The notes beneath the pieces are model-generated. The model was not told the origin of the DNA, searched no databases, and saw only the letters and a program-made list of their open reading frames with translations. The position numbers and the translations under genes were made by a program. A stretch of 64,000 nucleotides of DNA. It comes from Candidatus Parcubacteria bacterium. GTDB lineage: Bacteria > Patescibacteriota > Patescibacteriia > Patescibacteriales > UBA12075. The stretch is from contig CAWFCE010000002.1 in the NCBI GenBank assembly GCA_963814275.1, positions 1,003,263 to 1,067,262 of the forward strand, in the 5' to 3' direction. This document shows positions 8,265 through 15,868 of this stretch, in pieces; positions within the stretch are counted from its first letter, which is position 1; the number at the start of each line of letters is the position of its first letter.

Positions 8265-9036
8265 GGGTTCAAATAATGAACCCCTACGACGCGGCGGCCC
8301 TCACCCGCCACGGGTGCGACCGGGGCACCCTCTCCCACTCGCGCGGGTCGCGGGAGAGGGAAAATAGGAAAAACATATTATATCGCGATATCGTGTAGGG
8401 GCACAGGATTCTGTGCCCTGGTGTTAGGATGATGAAGATGGTATGGACGCGTAATGGTTTGAAAAGAAATCTATTCGTCTTTAAACCTTCGTGGAACGGG
8501 TTCAGAATCCTGAACCCCTACAGATCGGGTTATAAACGGACGGGGGATACGCGGGTTCAGAATCCTGAACCCCTACAAAATATATAAGACATTGTATGCG
8601 CCGCGTAGGGGCACAGGATTCTGTGCCCTGGTGTTAGGACGATGATGATGGTATTGACGCGTGATGGTTTGAAAAGAAATTAATCATATTTAAACCTTCG
8701 TGGAACGGGTTCAGAATCCTGAACCCCTACAGATTGGGTTATAAACGGACGGGGGATACGCGGGTTCAGAATCCTGAACCCCTACAGATCGGGTTATAAA
8801 CGGACGGGGGATACGCGGGTTCAGAATCCTGAACCCCTACAAAATTGACAAGACATTGTATGCGCCGCGTAGGGGCACAGGATTCTGTGCCCTGGTGTTA
8901 GGACGATGATGATGGTATTGACGCGTGATGGTTTTAAAAGAAATTGTTCGTATTTAAACCTTCGTGGAACGGGTTCAGAATCCTGAACCCCTACGACGCG
9001 GCGGCTTCGCCCGCTTGCGCGGGTCGCGGGAGAGGG
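8265..9036. repeat. REP-like hairpin array 1 (7 class-A and 3 class-B hairpins in about 3 higher-order units)
   Basis: Class A GGGTTCAGAATCCTGAACCCCTAC at 8265 (degenerate), 8498, 8553, 8707, 8762, 8817, 8971. Class B GTAGGGGCACAGGATTCTGTGCCC at 8395, 8605, 8869. Confidence 0.95.
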
Positions 9037-9143
9037 GAGATGGGGGAAATATATAATGCGTATGGGTTTGAGGATTTCGTGCTTTGGCAATATTTTGCGA
9101 AAAATAGCTATTAGGAGGTTGATAGAGACAAACGGAAATTAGT

Positions 9144-9176
9144 AAAAAAAATGACGTCATCGGGGGATGACGTCAT
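9144..9176 (-). terminator. Rho-independent terminator for the minus-strand small-protein pair
   Basis: atgacgtcat-cggggg-atgacgtcat hairpin with a 7-nt U-run on the minus strand. Confidence 0.65.
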
Positions 9177-9215
9177 ATGTTTTACAGGTATTTTAAAGGA
9201 CGTGTTAGATTGGCA

Positions 9216-9482
9216 TTAATCTTCGTTGTTGTTGTCGCAAACAACGCAGGAGCCGCCATCCGTTATATGGCCGCAGGATGAACATCTGATCGGATCGCCT
9301 TCGTCGTTTCTCGTTCTGACAAACCTTGTTGTTTCATAATTTCTCTTGCTGGACATTGTCTTCGGTTGGCCAGAAGAATTTGCTTTTTTGCTCCCGGTTG
9401 TTCCGGAATCTTGTTTGCTCCCCTTTGAAGCAAGAATAAAGATAAATACTACGATAAACAATATTATCCAAAATCCTTCCAT
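9216..9482 (-). CDS. small membrane-anchored zinc-ribbon protein (88 aa)
   Basis: AAGGAG SD; N-terminal TM helix (FWIILFIVVFIFILA); C-terminal CSSCGHIT-x5-CVVCDNN. Confidence 0.65.
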   Translation of the reverse strand: MEGFWIILFIVVFIFILASKGSKQDSGTTGSKKANSSGQPKTMSSKRNYETTRFVRTRNDEGDPIRCSSCGHITDGGSCVVCDNNNED

Positions 9483-9501
9483 TTATATTCTCCTTTTTGT
9501 G

Positions 9502-9759
9502 TCAATCATTGTTGTCGCAGTATGAGCAGTATCCATCATTAAAAGTGACGTTACCGCAAGTTGAACAGATTTTTCCCTCGCTTTTACTGTTTGGTTCTAC
9601 ACTTGAGTGATAGATGGCACTATATGGTTTTGTGTATTTTTCCGCCTCCTTTGCCCTTACTTTTTTCTCTGTGGGTTTGTCCTTGCCATTCTTGCCGCCC
9701 AGGGCCAGTAAAATCAATAAGCCAAAGATGAATAACGCGATCGATGCTTCTCCGGACAT
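9502..9759 (-). CDS. small membrane-anchored zinc-ribbon protein (85 aa), tandem paralog of 9216..9482
   Basis: AGGAGG SD; N-terminal TM helix (IALFIFGLLILLAL); C-terminal CSTCGNVT-x5-CSYCDNN. Confidence 0.65.
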   Translation of the reverse strand: MSGEASIALFIFGLLILLALGGKNGKDKPTEKKVRAKEAEKYTKPYSAIYHSSVEPNSKSEGKICSTCGNVTFNDGYCSYCDNND

Positions 9760-10015
9760 TTTGCACCTCCTTGATTGATAGTTGTATATTGGATTTTGGT
9801 GTTGAACAATTATTTTATTTCAATATCACATTTGCATGATAACGATTCAGTATATATTATTCCATTATAAAATGTCAATTTTGCCAAAACATATTATTTA
9901 TTCAGATAGGTTTATTCGCCAATTATGGCCATTTTTGCTATAATGAAATTAATCTAGACCATGATCCGGTTTATAATTAATTCCGAAACACTCGGTACCA
10001 TACAGAAAAACAAAT

Positions 10016-10483
10016 ATGAGCGTCCAGGAGATCGTAAAAAGAGGAAAATTGACGCCTAAGGGCGTGGCAAGAGTCCTCAAAATAATAGATAAGTATATGT
10101 TTATCTTGAAATATGCTTACTTGGACGCGAAAAACTCCCGTACCTATTGGGAACAGGCCAAAGAATATTATGAACATGAAGATTGCGACGAATCGGACAC
10201 CGATAATCTATATTATCTGGCGATAAAAATAAGCGCGGCCAAGAAAGAATTGTTTTATATTTACGCCAAAGACGTTTTCGAGTTTTTCTACGTCAATTAC
10301 CGGGAAAAAGCGGATGAATATTACTACCACCAATTCCCCCTGGACAGGAAGCGCTACGAAAAAGAGCGCGTACCCATAGCCAGATTAAAACCCCTGTTGG
10401 ACAACAAGAATTATCTGGACGAGGAATTTGTAAATCTGATCGAAGAAACCGCGGCAGTGTTCCATAAATGCCTGAAGAAATAA
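10016..10483 (+). CDS. hypothetical protein (155 aa, Tyr/Glu-rich)
   Basis: ORF only; a TGcTATAAT promoter-like element lies upstream at 9937-9944. Confidence 0.5.
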   Translation: MSVQEIVKRGKLTPKGVARVLKIIDKYMFILKYAYLDAKNSRTYWEQAKEYYEHEDCDESDTDNLYYLAIKISAAKKELFYIYAKDVFEFFYVNYREKADEYYYHQFPLDRKRYEKERVPIARLKPLLDNKNYLDEEFVNLIEETAAVFHKCLKK

Positions 10484-10497
10484 CAAGTCCGTGCATA

Positions 10498-11139
10498 GGG
10501 TTCAGAATCCTGAACCCCTACAAAATTTCGAAAAATGCTATATTTAAATTAATATTAAATATGGACTCAAGGAGGAGGAAACAAATACGATTGTTGGATT
10601 ATGATTATTCGCAGGAAGATGCTTATTTCATCACCATATGTACAAACAATCGAATTTGTCATTTCGGTGAAATCAAAAATGATAAGATGTTATTGAATAG
10701 TACCGGTAAGGCCGCGGATTATTATTGGCAGGAAATTCCGGCACATTATCCGAGGGCGGTCTTAGACGAATATACCGTTATGCCCAATCATATTCACGGT
10801 ATAATTATTATCGACAAGGATCACGATACGTCTGTGAACAGGGAATTTCCTACGCAATCAGCGCAACCGGATGATTCGATTAACCGGTTCCAACACATAA
10901 TTCCGAAATCTATCGGGTCAATAATTCGGGGGTATAAACTAGGCATGACCAAATGGGTCAGAGAACATACAAAAACCAATACGATATGGCAACGGTCATA
11001 TTATGACCATATCATCCGCGACGAGAAAGCAATGGACGAAATCAGGGCATATATTATAAATAATCCCGGCAATTGGGATAACGACCGAAATAACCTTAAA
11101 AATTATCACCCAACCGTAGGGGCACAGGATTCTGTGCCC
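10498..11139 (+). mobile_element. RAYT unit: class-A hairpin, Y1 transposase gene, class-B hairpin (IS200/IS605-like architecture)
   Basis: Class-A hairpin at 10498-10521 and oppositely oriented class-B hairpin at 11116-11139 bracket the transposase ORF. Confidence 0.8.
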
Positions 11140-11148
11140 TGGTGTTAG
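10561..11148 (+). CDS. REP-associated tyrosine transposase (RAYT), IS200-like Y1 HUH family
   Basis: MDSRRRKQIRLLDYDYSQEDAYFITICT… N-terminus typical of the family; HUH motif MPNHIHGII; catalytic Tyr region WQRSYYDHIIRDE. The track start at 10468 would read through the upstream hairpin, so Met at 10561 is preferred. Confidence 0.85.
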   Translation: MDSRRRKQIRLLDYDYSQEDAYFITICTNNRICHFGEIKNDKMLLNSTGKAADYYWQEIPAHYPRAVLDEYTVMPNHIHGIIIIDKDHDTSVNREFPTQSAQPDDSINRFQHIIPKSIGSIIRGYKLGMTKWVREHTKTNTIWQRSYYDHIIRDEKAMDEIRAYIINNPGNWDNDRNNLKNYHPTVGAQDSVPWC

Positions 11149-12200
11149 AACGATGACGATGGTATTGACGCGTGATGGTTTTAAAAGAAATTGTTCGTAT
11201 TTAAACCTTCGTGGAACGGGTTCAGAATCCTGAACCCCTACAAAATTGACAAGACATTGTATGCGCCGCGTAGGGGCACAGGATTCTGTGCCCTGGTGTT
11301 AGGACGATGATAATGGTATTGACCCGAAATGGTTTGAAAAGAAATTAATCATATTTAAACCTTCGTGGAACGGGTTCAGAATCCTGAACCCCTACAGATC
11401 GGGTTATAAACGGACGGGGGATACGCGGGTTCAGAATCCTGAACCCCTACAAAATTGACAAGACATTGTATGCGCCGCGTAGGGGCACAGGATTCTGTGC
11501 CCAGGTGTTAGGTTGATAAAGGTGGTATTGACGCGTAGTGGTTTGAAAAGAAATTATTCGTTTTGAAAATCTTCGTGGAGCGGGTTCAGAATCCTGAACC
11601 CCTACAGATCGGGTTATCAACGGACGGGGGATACGCTGGTTCAGAATCCTGAACCCCTACAAAATTGACAAGACATTGTATGCGCCGCGTAGGGGCACAG
11701 GATTCTGTGCCCAGGTGATAAGATCAATAAGGATGATTTTAACGCGTGATGGTTTGAAAAGAAATTAATCGATTTAAAAACCTTCGTGGAACGGGTTCAG
11801 AATTCTGAACCCCTACAGATCGGGTTATCAACGGACGGGGGATACGCGGGTTCAGAATCCTGAACCCCTACAAAATTGACAAGACATTGTATGCGCCGCG
11901 TAGGGGCACAGGATTCTGTGCCCAGGTGATAAGATCAATAAGGATGATTTTAACGCGTGATGGTTTGAAAAGAAATTATTCGTTTTGAAAATCTTCGATG
12001 ATCGGGTTCAGAATTATGAACCCCTACAGATCGGGTTATAAACGGACGGGGGATACGCGGGTTCAGAATCCTGAACCCCTACAAAATTGACAAGACATTG
12101 TATGCGTCGCGTAGGGGCACAGAATCCTGTGCCCAGGTGTTAGGACGATAACGATGGTATTTACGTATTATGGCTCGAAATGATATAAATCATTTTGGGC
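11116..12200. repeat. REP-like hairpin array 2 (9 class-A and 6 class-B hairpins in about 5 higher-order units plus a degenerate tail)
   Basis: Class A at 11218, 11372, 11427, 11582, 11637 (tgg variant), 11793, 11848, 12004, 12059. Class B at 11116, 11270, 11479, 11689, 11900, 12111. Confidence 0.95.
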
Positions 12201-12365
12201 ACTTCCTCACCCAGGATTCAGGATGTCTGATCGATGCAGGATATATCCATTTTATTGACATAGACGCCTTCGTCCCGTAAACGCGCATAACAGGTGATTT
12301 TTGCCTACTGGCCGTTAAAAGGATATAATTATATTAAAGGTTATTATTCAATTGATTAATCGATT

Positions 12366-13205
12366 ATGAAGACCAAAAAAACCATAGTATTTCTGGCTTG
12401 CACTCTGCTTCTGGCTGGATGCGAAGCCAAAGTCAATTTCGACAGTCTCCTTTCCGTTGACGAAGAGCGGCAAAAAGCGGTCGAGGCGCAGAACCCGGCC
12501 CTCTGCGCCGGGCTTGACGCGGAAAACGATGAGAAAACACAGACCCGTCGGGACCGTTGTTATGAAGAAGTGGCCATCGCCGCCAAAAAAAGCGATGTCT
12601 GCCAAGAGATCGGTGATGAAACCAGGAAGGACAACTGCCTGGCCACAGTGGCCAAGGAAACGAATGATGAAACAGTTTGCCGGCAGATCGATATTGAAAA
12701 CGAGCGTGATGCCTGCCTTATCAAAGTGGCCAAAGGAAAAGAGGAATTGTCCGTCTGCAGTTTGATCGGAAATGAAAGTGATCGGGAATTATGTGTTGAA
12801 GCAGTGGCAAGAGCGAAGGGTACGCCGGAAATATGCGATAACCTGGACAACGACCAGGCCCAGGGCTGGTGCTACGGCGAGGTCGCGTTGGCCAGGCGCG
12901 ATCCGTCAATCTGCCGGTCAATTGAAGACGATTACATGCTGGTGAAGTGCTACAGCCGCATGGCCCAAAGCCAGGCCGATATTTCCGTCTGCAGCGGCCT
13001 TAAGGATTCGTTCCTGAACGAACAGTGCCGATATTTTTACGGTATGGCCCGGCCCACGGCAGACGTGTGCCGTGACCTTCAGACTGAAGAATGGCATGAC
13101 CAGTGTCTGGCCCGCGCCGCCCAGCAGATGAAAGACCCGTCCCTTTGCGGGGAGCTTAAGGATACCCAGCTCCAGAAACAATGCGAAACCGGTGCCGGCG
13201 GATAG
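12366..13205 (+). CDS. lipoprotein with ~8 tandem Cys-pair repeats
   Basis: Signal peptide with lipobox (LLLAGC). Repeated ~34-aa unit of the form C..I....RD.C...VA. Confidence 0.7.
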   Translation: MKTKKTIVFLACTLLLAGCEAKVNFDSLLSVDEERQKAVEAQNPALCAGLDAENDEKTQTRRDRCYEEVAIAAKKSDVCQEIGDETRKDNCLATVAKETNDETVCRQIDIENERDACLIKVAKGKEELSVCSLIGNESDRELCVEAVARAKGTPEICDNLDNDQAQGWCYGEVALARRDPSICRSIEDDYMLVKCYSRMAQSQADISVCSGLKDSFLNEQCRYFYGMARPTADVCRDLQTEEWHDQCLARAAQQMKDPSLCGELKDTQLQKQCETGAGG

Positions 13206-13317
13206 GGGAGGACTGGTTTTGAATTTTAAAATTCGTGGAAAAATATTAATAGCAATAGTTGGATGGATATTGCGAAGAGGGCAGTGGCCTGTTCCCGCGG
13301 AAGGGTAAAGCGGGTTA

Positions 13318-13944
13318 ATGGCGATAGCTGTGAGAAATTACGGTACTATAATGGCTGGAAAAAAATATAACAACAAGGATCTGGTGCAGGGGGCCGGCAG
13401 CCTTTGGCTGTTGGTCATTGTTGTTATTTATTTTGGCGACCGGAGAATATTCTATCAGGTTTTGGTCTTGAGCCTGATCGCCCTGGGCCTTTTGTTGGGA
13501 TTGGTGGCAATAGTCAGGAAAAGGCGCTTTGGCCATATTCTGGAACAATCAGACGGACAACGGCAATTGGCAAAGCTTAGACAGATGAAGCCGGATGAAT
13601 TCGAGGACTTCATCGCCGACCTTTACCGCCGCCTGGGCTATGCGACCGAACGGGTGGGCGGCTCGCCTGGCGGAGGCATAGACGTCACCGCCAAAAAGAA
13701 CGGAGTGATATACTATATCCAGTGTAAGAAATTCATAAATTCAAAAGTAACCATCCATAATGTCCGGGATTTTTATGCTACGATGGCTAATAATCTGGCT
13801 GCCGGCAAAGGCATATTCATCACCACCAATATATTCACCGCAGAGGCGATCAAATTTGCCGCAGACAGGCCGTTGGCATTGATCGACGGAGTTAACTTAT
13901 TAACGCTAATAAAACAGGCCGGGAAAGACGATCAACCAACCTGA
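13318..13944 (+). CDS. membrane-anchored restriction endonuclease-like protein (Mrr_cat-type domain)
   Basis: Two N-terminal hydrophobic helices, then FEDFIADLYRRLGY…GGIDVTAKKNGVIYYIQCKKF…VRDFYATMA…GIFITT, matching the Mrr catalytic-core pattern. Start codon uncertain. Confidence 0.65.
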   Translation: MAIAVRNYGTIMAGKKYNNKDLVQGAGSLWLLVIVVIYFGDRRIFYQVLVLSLIALGLLLGLVAIVRKRRFGHILEQSDGQRQLAKLRQMKPDEFEDFIADLYRRLGYATERVGGSPGGGIDVTAKKNGVIYYIQCKKFINSKVTIHNVRDFYATMANNLAAGKGIFITTNIFTAEAIKFAADRPLALIDGVNLLTLIKQAGKDDQPT

Positions 13945-14068
13945 TAATAATATTCAAGGTCCGGATAATAGTCGCCTGTCAGGGCGCTTATTTTATTTGA
14001 CTAATCCCGTATAATCCGCTAATTTGTAGTGACGCACATCTTGAATAAAACAAAAAGGAGGTGGGGTA

Positions 14069-14578
14069 ATGCCTATAGTTTCTCTTCCGGTTGACAATGA
14101 CCAGTATATGTACCTTGCGCTACTGGGCCGACGCCTGGACCGGCAACTCGATATGGTGAATTATGCCGCCCAATCTGCCTGCAATTGCTATATCAAGCGG
14201 CACGAAATGAGTTGGGATGGCTGGAATTTCCATACCGTCAAAAAAGGCGAGCTCATCAGGCTGGATGATATTGAGAAAAATATCGTACCCTGGTTCGGGC
14301 GGAAATCTTCGGGAACGTATAGGACAGAAGTCCGTTTGGACGATATTACGGCTGCAAAATTAAAAGAGATATGTGCCAAATATATTCCTGACATGGAAGT
14401 ATCTTTGGGATATGCTGTCATGGAGGCCCTGGAACTTTACCGGGAGCTCATGAGATTCATTGATGACCAGTGGCGGATCTGCCGGGCCCGCGGTTCGGAG
14501 TTCATCAGGCAGGGAGTGGACAGGGAACTGGGGCTACCCGACCCCATACGCAATTTCAAACTGGTAGTTTCCCGCTAA
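14069..14578 (+). CDS. hypothetical protein (169 aa)
   Basis: AAGGAGG SD 6 nt upstream; followed by a strong terminator. Confidence 0.55.
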   Translation: MPIVSLPVDNDQYMYLALLGRRLDRQLDMVNYAAQSACNCYIKRHEMSWDGWNFHTVKKGELIRLDDIEKNIVPWFGRKSSGTYRTEVRLDDITAAKLKEICAKYIPDMEVSLGYAVMEALELYRELMRFIDDQWRICRARGSEFIRQGVDRELGLPDPIRNFKLVVSR

Positions 14579-14580
14579 GA

Positions 14581-14614
14581 AGGACATACCACAAAACCCG
14601 GTATGTCCTTTTCT
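14581..14614 (+). terminator. Rho-independent terminator
   Basis: aggacatacc / ggtatgtcct 10-bp stem followed by tttct. Confidence 0.7.
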
Positions 14615-14834
14615 AATTCCAGAATTGCGGGTTTATCAAGCATTGATGGCAATATGCAAGTTAGCCTAAACTATCTGCCGCTAGGGTAATATATTTAAAA
14701 TAAGCAAAAAATTTCTTTGGCAAAGAGATTTTTTATACAAAATTTAATCGCCAATAATGAAGTATTTTGATATAATTTGCATATAAGCAGTTGACTGATA
14801 AAACAGTAACTATTCATATAAAATTGCTATCCAT

Positions 14835-14990
14835 ATGGGAAAAATCAACAAAGAATGGCATGCGGCCAACAAAATGCCGAAGAATCCCAGCCTGGCGCAA
14901 AAGATCAAATGGCACGAGGGGCATGCGGCCAATTGCCAGTGCCGCGATTCGAAAGAACATTTGCTTAAATTAAAAAAGCTGGGCGCATAG
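14835..14990 (+). CDS. small conserved-looking protein (51 aa), below the ORF-track size cutoff
   Basis: MGKINKEWHAANKMPKNPSLAQKIKWHEGHAANCQCRDSKEHLLKLKKLGA. It has its own terminator at 15012-15045. Preferred over the overlapping 14791..14973 ORF, which has an Arg/Lys-rich, low-complexity translation. Confidence 0.5.
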   Translation: MGKINKEWHAANKMPKNPSLAQKIKWHEGHAANCQCRDSKEHLLKLKKLGA

Positions 14991-15011
14991 TACGCATTTG
15001 CGCTAGATGAA

Positions 15012-15045
15012 AACCGCCTGTGTAGCGCAACGGCGGTTTGTTTGC
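15012..15045 (+). terminator. Rho-independent terminator candidate
   Basis: aaccgcc…ggcggtt stem followed by tgtttg. Confidence 0.5.
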
Positions 15046-15070
15046 CATAAAATGGACAGGCAGGGGAAAT

Positions 15071-15099
15071 TTGACAATTGGCCTATAAATGTTTAATAT
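15071..15099 (+). promoter_or_regulatory. sigma70-type promoter candidate
   Basis: TTGACA, 17-nt spacer, TAATAT; 42 nt upstream of the HD-domain gene. Confidence 0.55.
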
Positions 15100-15140
15100 A
15101 GGGTAACTTCTTTTAAATAAATCCAAGGAAAGGGGGAAAG

Positions 15141-15716
15141 ATGATCTATACTGACGCGGTAAAAAAGGCGATCATATTCGCCATCAAGACCCATGAGGTC
15201 TATAAGAAGCAGAAAAGGAAGGGTACCGATGTCGCGTATATTACCCATCCGTTGTCCGTCGGGCTGATCCTGGCGTTGGCGGGAGCCGAAGAAGATGTGG
15301 TCGTGGCCGGGATATTGCATGATACGATCGAGGATAGCGCCAAACACAAAAGAGTGGACGCCAAAATGATCACTGCCCGCTTCGGCCGGAAGGTAGCGTA
15401 CCTGGTAATGAGCGTAACGGAAAAGAACAAGGATCTGCCTTGGGAAGCCAGGAAAAAGGAAGCCGTCGAACAAATCGCCGATTTTTCCCATGGTTCGCTG
15501 CTGATCAAAGCGGCTGATACCCTGAACAACGGCAGTGAGATCATCGATAGCTTCCGGCGTTATGGCAAGGGCATATTCAAGCGCTTCAACGCATCGCAGG
15601 AGAAGATCGTAGCGCATTATCTGGAAGTGATCGAAGCGATCATCGGGCGCTGGCCGGAAATTGTCTTGCGCGAAGACTTGATTCATCTGGCCGAAGAATT
15701 CCGGAGGCTCAAATGA
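15141..15716 (+). CDS. HD-domain phosphohydrolase, small (p)ppGpp-hydrolase-like (RelA/SpoT HD type)
   Basis: YITHPLSVGLILA…AGILHDTIEDS motif. Confidence 0.8.
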   Translation: MIYTDAVKKAIIFAIKTHEVYKKQKRKGTDVAYITHPLSVGLILALAGAEEDVVVAGILHDTIEDSAKHKRVDAKMITARFGRKVAYLVMSVTEKNKDLPWEARKKEAVEQIADFSHGSLLIKAADTLNNGSEIIDSFRRYGKGIFKRFNASQEKIVAHYLEVIEAIIGRWPEIVLREDLIHLAEEFRRLK

Positions 15717-15868
15717 CTGGTCCAAAATCAATGTTAACCGAAAAGCCAGCGACATTTGCCGTTGGCTTTTTAATTGCGTTATCATATTTGACATTCTGTC
15801 CGCTTTTTGATTAAATGTCTGTTATCGCCAATGACCGTTAACTTCAAATAAGGAGGGGAAGGAGTAAA

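Noticed and set aside
8821-9160. Track ORFs 8821..9090 and 8975..9160 (minus strand)
   Set aside because: They lie entirely within REP arrays and GC-rich hairpin sequence, have low-complexity Pro/Arg-rich translations and lack an SD. They are artefacts of the repeats.
10468-10560. Longer start (10468) for the RAYT ORF
   Set aside because: The extension would translate through the class-A hairpin and overlap the stop of the upstream gene. The family-typical N-terminus begins at Met 10561.
8265-12200. Possible CRISPR array (regularly spaced 24-nt palindromic repeats)
   Set aside because: The inter-repeat 'spacers' (31, 28 and ~79 nt) are themselves the same sequences in every unit. Two repeat classes alternate in opposite orientation, and no cas genes are present. 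This is a tandem higher-order repeat, not a spacer library.
14791-14973. 60-aa track ORF
   Set aside because: An overlapping 51-aa ORF in another frame (14835-14990) has a more protein-like sequence with a Cys/His motif and ends just before a terminator. The track ORF is Arg/Lys-rich low complexity. Both remain uncertain.
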